Assembly: GCA_963813715.1 (NCBI GenBank)
Contig: CAWFAK010000005.1
Location: 768,001-832,000 of the forward strand
Length of the DNA stretch: 64,000 nucleotides
Reading direction: 5' to 3'
DNA from: an uncultured Planctomycetaceae bacterium
GTDB taxonomy: Bacteria > Planctomycetota > Planctomycetia > Planctomycetales > Planctomycetaceae
Positions 31,602 to 41,736 of the stretch are shown here, piece by piece (the stretch's first letter is position 1; each line of letters starts with the position of its first letter). Below the pieces are notes generated by a model. That model did no database searches. It was not told the DNA's origin and saw nothing but the letters and a program-made list of their open reading frames with translations. Made by a program: the position numbers and the translations under genes.

Positions 31602-32963
31602 GTCGCTTCTCGCGGGCGTTGAGGGGAGGAAGAAAGCGACACCCGCGGCGAAAGGTGAATCAGCCCCTTTTCGGCAAAGCGGCCGAGATGACGACGCAAG
31701 GGGCCGAACGGGACGCGAAGCCGCTCCGCGATCTCGAACACGCTCAGCGTTCCGTCGAGATAGCGGGGCAGCGCGTCCTGGATGCGACCCAGGACGAGGT
31801 CTTCGGCTGACAAGTTTTTGGCGACCGTCGGATCGGGCCGCTCGATGTAGAGTCCATATTTGGGGTTCGAGAGGGCCATCAGCCCCTCAAAGCGCCGCTC
31901 GATGGTGCCGTCTTCCTCGAAGACCTCGACCATACGCTTGAGCATCTCGAGCGTTGCCGCGAGCTTGTCGACGCGATTCAGCTCGAGATCGTCGCGGCTC
32001 GTGTGATATTCGGCGAAGTAACCCGGGTGAAAGCAGCGCGAAAGCGACGCGAACGGGATCTCGATACCAGGTGCCTCCCAGACCGTTTCGTCGTTCCCGA
32101 CGATCGTGCGAAAGTCGCCCGTCTTCAGCTGGGGATCGTTTTCGCGGAGCACGTGCGTCGCCACGCGATCGATCAGCGCAGTGCCAGTGAAGCTCCGTTG
32201 CAAAACGAGCGGCGCGTCGAGCCCGACCATCTCGACGAAGAGGCCCTGCTTCAGCCGCTCGCGCTCAGCCTGGGGCATCTGCGCCAGGTAGAAGACCGTG
32301 CCGAAGTGTTCCGGGCCCGAGCACGGCCCGATAGCTGAATCGCCGCGGCCGCTCTTTCAGCCAGCGAAACAGTTCGAGAATCACGGCTACGCCGGACAGG
32401 TCGTCGTTGAACTGGCACGGATGACAGGTGTGTGCATTGAAGACGATAGTTTCCTGGGACTCACCCGCGAGGTGGGCTTCGCCGACGATCATCGTTCCCG
32501 GCCGGTTGGTCGTCGCCAGCTCGACCTCGTAGTCGCCCGGCCCCCATTCCTGCCAGACGCGATGCGGCACGCAGAAGCCCCAAGTGCGGTTCCACGGCCG
32601 ATACGTGTTGAGAAAGTGGAACGCGTAGGCGTCGGGCACGGTCGGCCGCGTGAAAATGTGCTTGTCGAGCTCGGTCTTGGAGAATGTGCCTTGCATCGAA
32701 GGCGAGTTCTGCACGACGGCCAACGGGTGCACGGTGCCGTCAAACAGGGTGCGGCCGTCGCGGCGAATCAGGGCTGTTTCGACCGTCCAATCGTCGGGAA
32801 TGATCCAGCCATTGTGCTCCTGGCCGCTGGCGAATGTTTTGAGCTCGAGCGGAAAGATCGTGGACAACAGCTCGAACTCGCGGCGATTGTCCGCCTGCGC
32901 GATGCCGATTCGCAGCTTCAAAATCTCACGAAAGACATCGAGATCGAACAAGGAATTCCCCAC
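31598..32963 (-). CDS. DUF4910 / DUF2172 aminopeptidase-like protein with C-terminal wHTH (Cj1295-like); frameshift ~32312
   Basis: HNGWIIPDDW, WGFC, HTCHPCQFNDDLSG, FSYRAVLGPEHFGT, GNDE, EYHTSRDD, LSNPKYGLY. Confidence 0.85.
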
Positions 32964-32969
32964 GGCGTC

Positions 32970-33845
32970 TCAAGCCGAATATGCCTCACCGCGGCGTGGT
33001 CCGGTTGGCCCGTCCGTCGGAATTTGGCCGGGCACGAATTGAGGCCGCGCCGCCAACAGATAATAAGGATCTTTCGCCAGCACGCGTTCTAAGTGCGACT
33101 GCACGGCCCGGCATTTGACCGCGTAGGCCTGAAACGGCGGCTGACGCAACGACTTCAAGACGCCGGACGCGGCCAGGTCTTCGGTCAACCGCCGAAAGTT
33201 GTAGACAATGTTGAAATCGAGGTAGCGCACGCTGGTGATCACCGGCAAATCGATCGAATTCCCGTCCACGACAACGGGCGTGTTGTACGCCTTGTGATAC
33301 AAGTGGGGCACGCCGACCATTTGCTCGACGTGATGCACGAAGGTCATGGTTCGCAAATCGACGCCCCAAAAGAGCATCGTACCGTCGAGCGCAACCAGGC
33401 GATCCCAAGGCGTGTTCGGGCCAAACCCGCAAGCGGAGACGTGCTCGCAAATCCAGCCCGCCTTGGCTCCCTTGGCGAGGAACCCGACGAGCGGATTAAG
33501 GCTGCGGCACGCCGTTCCTTGATCGAAAACGTAACGGTTGTAGGCCCCATACTGCGGATCGGGGGGCGAATGCTGCAGGTCGAACGGCTGGCCAAAACGC
33601 GCATAGTCGGAGTAAGCCCCCAGGACGCAAATCGTCCCAGCGTCTCCCACCGCTGTGGCCAGAGCCGAATCGAACGCCCAGAGCAGAAAGTTGCGGGGAT
33701 CGCTTTGGCCAGCGACCTCATTTGCGTCGGCCAATCGAACCAGGTCGCGGAGATCGGAATGCAGGAGAAGCGTGTCACCGACCCGAATGCCGAGCGCGGC
33801 AAGAATGGAGCCAAACCGATTGAACGTTTCCGGATTCTTCGACAA
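32970..33845 (-). CDS. AAC(3) / Antibiotic_NAT family acyltransferase
   Basis: LGIRVGDTLLLHSDL, RSLNP, GFGPNTPW, TFVHHVEQMVGVP. Confidence 0.82.
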   Translation of the reverse strand: MSKNPETFNRFGSILAALGIRVGDTLLLHSDLRDLVRLADANEVAGQSDPRNFLLWAFDSALATAVGDAGTICVLGAYSDYARFGQPFDLQHSPPDPQYGAYNRYVFDQGTACRSLNPLVGFLAKGAKAGWICEHVSACGFGPNTPWDRLVALDGTMLFWGVDLRTMTFVHHVEQMVGVPHLYHKAYNTPVVVDGNSIDLPVITSVRYLDFNIVYNFRRLTEDLAASGVLKSLRQPPFQAYAVKCRAVQSHLERVLAKDPYYLLAARPQFVPGQIPTDGPTGPRRGEAYSA

Positions 33846-33882
33846 CTAACACCGTTTCGCTCGGTTGATGAGCGGCGCACTG

Positions 33883-34143
33883 TCAGGAAGACAACCCGGT
33901 CGCAGACTGGTAAAGACGGACGAATTCCCCGAAAGTCCGAGGGTAGGCGGCTGGGTCGTCGAGGCGGCTGAAGGGATCGACCTGCAGTTCCTGTTGCAGC
34001 CGTCCAATCACGATGGCGCAGTCGAGCGAGTCGAGCCCGCTTTCCAGAAGGACCGTGTCGTCGCGAAACTCGGCGACCAGTTCCTTATGATACTGCTTGC
34101 CGACCGACCGCATGACGGTTTCAATTTTGTCCCGCAGGTCCAT
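33883..34143 (-). CDS. Acyl carrier protein
   Basis: DDTVLLESGLDSLD phosphopantetheinylation motif; acidic, 86 aa; DPF...PRTFGEFV tail. Confidence 0.88.
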   Translation of the reverse strand: MDLRDKIETVMRSVGKQYHKELVAEFRDDTVLLESGLDSLDCAIVIGRLQQELQVDPFSRLDDPAAYPRTFGEFVRLYQSATGLSS

Positions 34144-34285
34144 ATCGCCCCTGATCCCCGGAAAAATGCTGTTCCTTTGATGTTATGACGAGATCGGGGG
34201 CTTGCCAACGGCGTAAGATTGCCGTCAGACGCCGCCCCGCGATCTCAGGCGGGTGCCGGGCCTGCGATTCAATGCGGAGCAACCG

Positions 34286-35647
34286 ATGACTGACCACTCC
34301 CCAGCTGTCAGCAAGTCCAAAATGATCGAGCGCGACCGCTCGCACTTGATCCATTCGCTGCATAACTCCCTGCAGCAGGCCGGAGGCCACGTCTGGGTGA
34401 AGGGGCACGGGGCCACCCTCACCGACGCCGACGGCAAAGAGTTCATCGACGGGCTTTCCGGGCTCTGGAACGTCCTGGCCGGGCACGGACAGCGCGATCT
34501 GGTGACGGCGGCCGCGCGGCAGATGGAAACGCTGCCTTACTGCTCGGGTTATGCGGGCAGCTCCAACCCCCGCGCAATCGAGCTGGCCGAGCGGATTGCC
34601 GCCCTGACCTATCCGTCGATCAATCACTTCTTCTTTACGTCGGGGGGAGGCGAATCGAGCGAGACCGCCTTTAAGCTCGCGCGCTACTATTGGAGGCTCA
34701 AAGGCCAGCCGGAAAAGACGAAGGTGATTTCGCGGCAATGGGGCTACCACGGCGTGACCCTGGCCGCGATGAGCGCGACGGGCATCGCCAGCTATTGGCC
34801 CATGTTCGAGCCGCGCGTTCCCGGGTTCGTCCAGATTCCCTCACCCTACCCTTACCGCTATCAGGCGCCGGCCGGAGTGAGTCCGGGGATTGCGGCCGCC
34901 AACGAGCTGGAACGGGCCATCCTTCGCGAGGGAGCCGAGACGGTGGCGATGTTCCTGGCGGAGCCCGTGCAGGGGGCGGGCGGCGTGATCGTGCCGCAAG
35001 ACGACTACTTCCGCCGCATCCGCGAGATTTGCGACAAGCATTCGGTCCTCTTCGTTGCCGACGAAGTCATCACCGGCTTCGGCCGCACGGGCAAGATGTT
35101 CGGACTGGAACACTGGGGCGTCGAGCCGGACGCGATTTGCTTTGCCAAGGCGATCACCAGCGGCTACTTCCCGCTGGGAGGCGTCGGCATCAACGACCGC
35201 ATTGCCGAGGTGTTCGAAGTGGCCGACAAGGTCTGGATGCACGCCTTTACGTATAGCGCCCATCCCGTCGGCTGTGCGGTGGCGCTCGCCATGCTCGATC
35301 TGATCAAGCGTGAGGATCTGGTGGGCCAATCGCGCGACAAGGGCAAGCTCTTGCTCACGGGGCTGAAGCAGGCCCTGGCTGGTCACCCCCATGTGGGCGA
35401 CGTACGCGGGCTGGGCCTCATGTGCGGCATCGAGTACGTGAAGAACAAGGCAACGAAGGAGGAGTTTCCGCCGGAAGACAAGATCGGCCCGAAGGTGCAC
35501 GCGGCCGCGCAGGAGCGAGGACTCTTCAGCCGCCTCCGCGGCGACGTCTATTGCCTGGCGCCCCCCGCCGTCACCACGCCAGCCGAGATCGAGCGGATCG
35601 TCTCGATCACCAAGGAGGCAACCGAGGCTGTGCTCGGCCGCGGTTAA
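34286..35647 (+). CDS. Class III (omega-amino acid / diamine) aminotransferase
   Basis: DGLSGLWN, GYHG, EPVQGAGG, DEVITGFGRTG, AKAITSGYFPLG, HAFTYSAHP. Confidence 0.93.
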   Translation: MTDHSPAVSKSKMIERDRSHLIHSLHNSLQQAGGHVWVKGHGATLTDADGKEFIDGLSGLWNVLAGHGQRDLVTAAARQMETLPYCSGYAGSSNPRAIELAERIAALTYPSINHFFFTSGGGESSETAFKLARYYWRLKGQPEKTKVISRQWGYHGVTLAAMSATGIASYWPMFEPRVPGFVQIPSPYPYRYQAPAGVSPGIAAANELERAILREGAETVAMFLAEPVQGAGGVIVPQDDYFRRIREICDKHSVLFVADEVITGFGRTGKMFGLEHWGVEPDAICFAKAITSGYFPLGGVGINDRIAEVFEVADKVWMHAFTYSAHPVGCAVALAMLDLIKREDLVGQSRDKGKLLLTGLKQALAGHPHVGDVRGLGLMCGIEYVKNKATKEEFPPEDKIGPKVHAAAQERGLFSRLRGDVYCLAPPAVTTPAEIERIVSITKEATEAVLGRG

Positions 35648-35654
35648 CGATTGG

Positions 35655-36545
35655 CTACACGGCGGGCAGCAGGAAGTTCACGCCCCAAATCACGACGGCC
35701 ATCACCAGGCAGTAGATGCCGAAGTATCTCCAGCGGCCCCGCTCCAGGACGGCCGACAAGAAGCGCAGTGCGAAGTACCCGGCCGCAAAACTGAAGATCA
35801 TTCCGAACAGGCCGGGGACCAGCACTTCCGTCACCAGGCTCCGCGAGAGATCGTGCGCTTTGAAGAGCTTGTAGAGGCTGTAGACCTGCGCTGGCGGAGT
35901 CAGGACGACGGCCAAAGCGAAGCTGAAATCTTCGGCGAGCCAGCGCGACACGCCGCAGAGCAGGCCGGTCGAGATGGTCGCCCCGCTGCGCGAGAATCCG
36001 CGGAACGGCACGCAGAACCCCTGGACCAAGCCGATCCAGATCGCCGACCGGTTGGTGAGAGGTTCGCCCCGATTGGTCGACTCTCGGCCGCCAGCGGCCA
36101 GGATCAAGACGCCCACGGCGGCCAGCCCCGTCCCGACGATGGTGAGGTTCTTGAAGAGCTCTTCCATCTCGCCCTTGGGATGCTTGAGCAAGCCGACGAG
36201 GATTACCTTCTCGATCAGCACCATCAGGGCGACCGCCACCACGCCGGTGACGGCCGTCGCCACGACGATCATCCTGAGAAATTCGCGCGGCGACTCGGAG
36301 GCGCCGGTACTCCCGCTTTTGGGTTGCCACAGCCGCCGCCAGCGGGGCCAGAAATAAACCAGCACAGCGAACATCGTTCCCGTGTGGAGCATCACGAGCA
36401 GGAAGACCTGCTCGGGCCGCGACGGGTCCATCCCCATCAGCCGCTGCGCCAGAATGACATGGGCCGAGCTGGAGACAGGCAGCAATTCGGCCGCCCCTTG
36501 GATCAATGCCAACAGGGCGATCTGCAGATAGTGAAGGAGTGCCAT
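35655..36545 (-). CDS. uppP: Undecaprenyl-diphosphate phosphatase (BacA)
   Basis: QGAAELLPVSSSAH, LHTGT, RGFSRSGATI, AEDFSF. Confidence 0.92.
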   Translation of the reverse strand: MALLHYLQIALLALIQGAAELLPVSSSAHVILAQRLMGMDPSRPEQVFLLVMLHTGTMFAVLVYFWPRWRRLWQPKSGSTGASESPREFLRMIVVATAVTGVVAVALMVLIEKVILVGLLKHPKGEMEELFKNLTIVGTGLAAVGVLILAAGGRESTNRGEPLTNRSAIWIGLVQGFCVPFRGFSRSGATISTGLLCGVSRWLAEDFSFALAVVLTPPAQVYSLYKLFKAHDLSRSLVTEVLVPGLFGMIFSFAAGYFALRFLSAVLERGRWRYFGIYCLVMAVVIWGVNFLLPAV

Positions 36546-36702
36546 CAGCGCCAATCTGGGTTGTAGGTTTCGTGGCAGATTGCCCGGCGAATGTAGCCGG
36601 GCCGAACGATAGTGGTTGGCGGTCGCACCGCTCCGAGCGCTGGGCGGAGGGACAGGACGCGATCGTCACGTCGATGAGTTCAAAGCACGCGCGGCCCGTT
36701 TC

Positions 36703-38831
36703 TCAGATGCGGTCGAGCGAATCGATCCAGCGCGCCACCTCGTCGACTTCGTCGACGTCGAGATAGTCGTGCTCGTGGTCTGACGACTTCTGGACGGTGA
36801 CGGCGTACTTCAATTCGTGCAGCACCTCGATGCGACGCTGCAGCTGGTCCTCCGCGCGGTCTCCGCGGTTCACCGAGAAAAAGAAGTGAAAGGGATAGCT
36901 GGGGTCGGCCTCCGGCGGCGGAACCTGCAGCATGCTCGAGGCGAGTGCCAGCCCGCGGACTCGCTCCCGATTCTCGAAGGCCATAAACGCCGCGAACCCC
37001 CCGCCGCGACCGTAACTATGCACGACCAGCCGATTCGCATCGATGCGATAGTCCTTCACGAATTGCTCGACGACGCGCCAGGCTCCGACCAGGTCGTTGG
37101 CGGTGAAGTCGCCTCCTTCGCCCGGCAACGGGGCGACGACGATCAGCCGCCGCTCCGCGCACGCCTTGCGCCACCTATTGAACACCGCGGCCTCCATCGA
37201 GTCGCGGCCGGGACCGATCCAGACCACCAGCCCCCAACCGTCCTCCGCGGAATACGATTCGGGAACGTAGGCCCAATAGCTTGCCTTGGTTTCGCCGGTG
37301 AGCGTGTCCCGGAAATGGCCCGTCTTTGGGCCTTCCGATTTCTTCGCATCCGCATCGGCGGCGATGTTTTTGGCAGCGGGAGCCTTGTCAGTCGCTGGCT
37401 GGGCGGGCTTGGCGTCCGGTTTGGCAGCAACGTCCTTGCCGGCTGGCGGAGTCGGCGGTTGTTCGGCCTTCTTGACCGGACTGGGAGGCGCGGCCGGCAA
37501 GTCTGCCGGGATCGCTTCGATGTCGGCCGTGAGCGTCGCGCGCACGGTTTTGTCCGCGTGATCCGAGCCGTGCACCACGCTCAGTGCGATCGCCATTCCC
37601 GGGCGCGCCCGTCGGACGAGTGTGGCGAGTTGATCGACCGACGTGATCTCAGTGTCGTTCCATTTGCGAATGCGATCCCCGGCGATAATTCCCGCTTTCT
37701 CCGCGGCCGTGTGCGGAAAGACGTACCGCACGGTCACGCCGCGCTCGCCCGGCACCGTTCGCGACGCTTGGCGCAGGGGCAGAATCCCCAAGAGCGGCGG
37801 CTCATAGGGGACCAGTTTGTCGACCAACACGAGGTCAGCCGCGATCTTCTCCTTGCCTCGCGACACGACGACATGCGCTTTGTCCCCCGCGTAGCGATGG
37901 CCCAGCGCTTGTCGCAGCTCATCGTGACGTCGCAAATGTTGGCCGTCGACTTCGGTGAGGATGTCCCCCGGCTTGAAGCCGGCCTTCTCCGCCGGTGAGT
38001 CGAACCGCACGACGTCGATCGTCGGCTTGTCGTCGACGCCTCCCTCCTTGATGGTGATGCCCAAGAGGCCCGGATACAGATCCTTGCCCTTCTTCAGCCG
38101 CTCGACCGAATTGAGCACGTCCGCGTACGGAATGGCGAAACCAATCCCCGAGTCGTACCATTCGACGCCCGCGGTCTCTTCTTTTCCGGAGGGCGACAGG
38201 GGCACGATGATGCCCAGTGGATCGCCGGCCAGGTCGATCAGCGGGCCGCCATAATTCACCGGCGAGACGTGGGCGTCGGTCTGGATGGCTTTGCCCCATA
38301 CGCGATTGAGCGCACTGACGATGCCGATGGAGACGCTCGGCTCGGGACTGTCGTAGGTGCGGCCGACGGCGATCGCCCACTGCCCGACGCGGACCGTCGG
38401 ATGGCCGTCCGACCGCAGCGGCTTGAGTCCTGATGCGTCGACTTTCAGCAGGGTCAGCATTCGCATGCGGTCGGTAGCGACCAGGCGCGCCGAGTAACGG
38501 GCCTTGTCGAGTTGGACGAGGATCGAGGTGGGCTTGGAGATGAAGTTGAACGCGCTCGACACGATCCAGCCGTCCTCGGAGACGACGACGCCCGTCGTCG
38601 CGGCGGTCGCCGCCAGCATGCCGCCTACCCGGTCGACGCCCCCCACCGTCTGAATGCGAACGAGCGAGGGAGCCAGATGGCGGACGGCCTGGCGAAAGGC
38701 TTCTTCTTCCTGCAGGTCGAGCGGGCACTTGCGCGAGCCGCCAGACCGCGCGGCGCGAAGACCAGCGTCGCCAGCACCAGGGTGGCAGTCGCCAGCCCCT
38801 TAGACAAACGAACATTCAGCGGGGCGTGCAT
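36703..38831 (-). CDS. Trypsin-fold pseudo-protease + 2 PDZ + C-terminal alpha/beta-hydrolase-like domain; frameshift ~38725
   Basis: TTGVVVSEDGWIVSSAFNF, VRVGQWAIAVG, IQTDAHVSPVNYGGPL, two PDZ domains, YWAYVPESY...IDANRLVVHSYGRGG. Start overlaps the upstream stop (TAATG). Confidence 0.85.
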
Positions 38832-39898
38832 TAGCGATCCTGCTTGAGCGGCCGGTCGGGCACGCGCATGTCCAGCGGTAGCAGCTGGTCTTTGCGACGG
38901 ACGACCACGTGGATCAAGTCGCCCGGCTCCAAGCGGCCGAGGATCGCTTTGAGGGCTCGGTTCGACTGCACCAGCTCGTCGTTGACGAAGACGATCAGGT
39001 CTTCCGGACGGATCCCCGCCTTGGACGCCGACGAGCCGGCGACGACCGTGTCGACGTAGGCGGGCGTTCGATAGACCACGTCGGGCACCAGCACGAGGCC
39101 CAGGTCGAGTGCGACAAATCGGGGCGGGCCGTCCAAGGGCTTCGACGGCGGCGGCGTGAAGCGGCCGGCAATGATGTCTTCGATCGGTCCGCGCAGCTGA
39201 CTGATGGGGACCGCGTAGTTCACCCACGTGTTGCTTTCGGAGTTGAGCAGTTCGCGGCCCAGCATGCCGATCAGCCGGCCGTCGAGCGTGGTGAGCGCGC
39301 CGCCGGCCGCGCCGGGGTTATTCGTCACGGAATCGACGACGTAGACAGGCCCCTCGTAGGCCGCCCGATACGCGCCGCGCCGCGCGCTCAGCCGGGTGCG
39401 GACGGAAATCACCCCGTGCAGCACCGACACGGGCTCGTCGCCTGTGGCCACCTTGAACATGTTGCTGTAGGCCAGCACGCGCGTGCCGGGTGCCGCCTCG
39501 GCTGTTTCGTGCAGATCGAAGAAAGGCAGATCGGCGTCGGCCGCGTCGACTTTCAGCACGGCCAGGTCGCGGCTGGGGTCTCCCTTGACGAACTTGGCCG
39601 AGAAACGCCGACCATCATTGAGGACGACGTTGGCTTCGCCGCTGTCGATCAGGTGGCTCCAAACGGTGACGACGTACCCGCTGGAAGAGACGAGAAAGCC
39701 CGAGCCATAGTCCTCGAGCCCGCCCATGCCGCCGGCGCCGAAGATCTTGACCACCTTGGGCAAACTGCGGTCGAGCCCATCATCGGCCGCGGACGACGTG
39801 GGCCCGTCTGCGGCAAAGGCCCGTGGGCCATGGACGCACGCCCAAGCCGCAAACAGCGAGAGGCAGGCGACTGGAACGAAAGAGGTGCGCACGCGCAT
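38831..39898 (-). CDS. S1C / HtrA-like protein + PDZ, catalytic Ser replaced
   Basis: Signal peptide, YGSGFLVS, DLAVLKV, DSVTNNPGAAGGAL, C-terminal PDZ. Confidence 0.85.
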   Translation of the reverse strand: MRVRTSFVPVACLSLFAAWACVHGPRAFAADGPTSSAADDGLDRSLPKVVKIFGAGGMGGLEDYGSGFLVSSSGYVVTVWSHLIDSGEANVVLNDGRRFSAKFVKGDPSRDLAVLKVDAADADLPFFDLHETAEAAPGTRVLAYSNMFKVATGDEPVSVLHGVISVRTRLSARRGAYRAAYEGPVYVVDSVTNNPGAAGGALTTLDGRLIGMLGRELLNSESNTWVNYAVPISQLRGPIEDIIAGRFTPPPSKPLDGPPRFVALDLGLVLVPDVVYRTPAYVDTVVAGSSASKAGIRPEDLIVFVNDELVQSNRALKAILGRLEPGDLIHVVVRRKDQLLPLDMRVPDRPLKQDR

Positions 39899-39902
39899 TC
39901 GC

Positions 39903-41723
39903 TTACTTCCGCTCCTTGGCGTGCAGCACATGGAAGAGCGCGTAGTCGGTGTCGCCGTGCCGCACCAGGATCTGGGACGGGAAGTGGATGCCATCGATGG
40001 CGGCGATATCGCGGATGCGGATCTCGCATGGATCGGTGTCTTCCATCAGCGTGGTATCGAACCCGGCAAGCGCCCCGGTCGCCACATCGAAGTACCAACG
40101 TGTTTCCACGCTGCCGAGCGCCGAAACCAGCACGTCGACCGTCTCTTTGCCGCCGTCCAACGGCTCGGTGCCGAAGTAGACCAGGGCCGAGAAGCCTTTT
40201 TCGCGCTGGGTCAACAGCAGCCGCAGCTGGTTGAGCGCCACGAGCAGTCCGCCGGTGCCGGCGGGTTCGTCCTGGGGTTCCTGCTCGAACTGTTGCAGGT
40301 AGGGCGGCTTGCCTTTGATTTCGAGCGATGCGAAGGCACCGGCCAGCACGCACTCGAACGGCGCACCGGCGCCCGTGCGGCCGGAGAGGATCCAGCTGGA
40401 TCGGCTCGTCGACTCACCCCACGCGTCGAGCCCGTGAAGCACGCGCGTCAGTTCGAGGCGATTGAAGTAATAGTTGGCAAACCCGGTTCGGGGCACGTAG
40501 AGCTTTTTGAGTTCCGGCGGAACTTCGGCGGGCTGCGGCAGCTGCAACGCGCGGAGCGGGTTGCGACCGCGATCCCGCGGTGTCCGCTCCTTGGGACCAC
40601 CAGGCTTCGGCGATCGCTCGGGCTTTTGCTCGGGCGGCTTTTCCTGCGGTCGTTGCGCCGGTTTCTCGGGCGACACCATCATCTCGGCCAGCTCGCGCTT
40701 GCCGTGCAGCGGACGCAGCCGCACGCGGATGTCGTGCTTTTCGCCGTCGCGGCGGTAAGTCAGCGGCACCTTCCAGTCTTCGGGAAAGATGCCGAGGATA
40801 TTTTTGAACTGGTTAACGCTGCGAATAGGTCGTCCCGCGAAGGAGACGAGCTCATCGTCGACCCGCAGGCCGCGGCGATAGGCATCGGACTCTTCTTGAA
40901 TCTGGGAGACGACGATCGCCCGTTGCGAATCGGTCGAGACGATGGCGCCGAGCGTCGCATGGTCCACGATGCGTCCAGAATGCAGGGACCCGAGGAAGTT
41001 GCGAATCTGGTTGATCGAAATCGAGTAGCCGGCCCCCGCGTTCACGCGTCCGCGCTGCGCGATAGAAATGCGGCCGTTAATGCCGATCAACTCTCCCGCC
41101 TTGTTGAATAGCGGGCCCCCCGAATTGCCCGGGTTGACCGACGCGTCGACCTGCAGGCAATCGGTGTATTCGAGGATCGTGTTGGCCGGGTATTGATAGC
41201 GGTGCACGCCGCTGACGATGCCGTAGGTGGTCGTCGGCTGAAAGTCGGAGGCCAACAGGAACGGATTGCCGAGCACGTAGACCCAGTCGCCGACGCGGAC
41301 GGCGTCGCTGTCGCCCCAGGTGGCGGTGGGAAAGTCGTCGCGTCCCTGCAGCTTGATCAGGGCCACGTCGCCGGTCGGGTCGACGCCCACGAGCACGGCG
41401 TCGTAGAGGTTGCCGTCATTGAGGCCGCACTTGAAGAACTGGTCTTCGCCCACAACGTGAAAGTTGGTGAGGGCGTAGCCGTCGTGCGTGATCAAAACGC
41501 CCGAGCCGCCCCCGGGCGTCGACCGCTGATAGACGGCAAGCACGGCCGGCGCGATCCGCGCGACGGTCGCCACGCGCATCGCTTCGGCCTCGCGGACGGT
41601 CGCGGGCACGTCGGCTGCGCGGACGGCGGCCTCAGGCACAGTGATCCCAGGGGCGGCGAATGCTCCCAGGACCACCAGACCGGGGACGATTCCCCGCACA
41701 ACGTGCACACAGACCCGCAGCAT
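39903..41723 (-). CDS. HtrA / trypsin-like serine protease + PDZ + extra C-terminal domain
   Basis: GSGVLI, LTNFHVV, DPTGDVALIKL, GNPF, DASVNPGNSGGPL (intact triad). Confidence 0.92.
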   Translation of the reverse strand: MLRVCVHVVRGIVPGLVVLGAFAAPGITVPEAAVRAADVPATVREAEAMRVATVARIAPAVLAVYQRSTPGGGSGVLITHDGYALTNFHVVGEDQFFKCGLNDGNLYDAVLVGVDPTGDVALIKLQGRDDFPTATWGDSDAVRVGDWVYVLGNPFLLASDFQPTTTYGIVSGVHRYQYPANTILEYTDCLQVDASVNPGNSGGPLFNKAGELIGINGRISIAQRGRVNAGAGYSISINQIRNFLGSLHSGRIVDHATLGAIVSTDSQRAIVVSQIQEESDAYRRGLRVDDELVSFAGRPIRSVNQFKNILGIFPEDWKVPLTYRRDGEKHDIRVRLRPLHGKRELAEMMVSPEKPAQRPQEKPPEQKPERSPKPGGPKERTPRDRGRNPLRALQLPQPAEVPPELKKLYVPRTGFANYYFNRLELTRVLHGLDAWGESTSRSSWILSGRTGAGAPFECVLAGAFASLEIKGKPPYLQQFEQEPQDEPAGTGGLLVALNQLRLLLTQREKGFSALVYFGTEPLDGGKETVDVLVSALGSVETRWYFDVATGALAGFDTTLMEDTDPCEIRIRDIAAIDGIHFPSQILVRHGDTDYALFHVLHAKERK

Positions 41724-41736
41724 GATTCCGTTCCGC

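Noticed and set aside
32300..32320. Phase variation of the Cj1295-like gene, as in Campylobacter
   Set aside because: The frameshift is not in a long homopolymer and matches the window-wide indel noise.
32970..33845. Aminoglycoside resistance gene aac(3)
   Set aside because: The ACP/FkbH/DUF4910 context points to biosynthetic acyl transfer; fold membership alone does not imply resistance.
34286..35647. Aminotransferase as part of the FkbH module
   Set aside because: It is divergently transcribed and is a class III omega-aminotransferase, not a DegT-type sugar aminotransferase. Adjacency is the only link.
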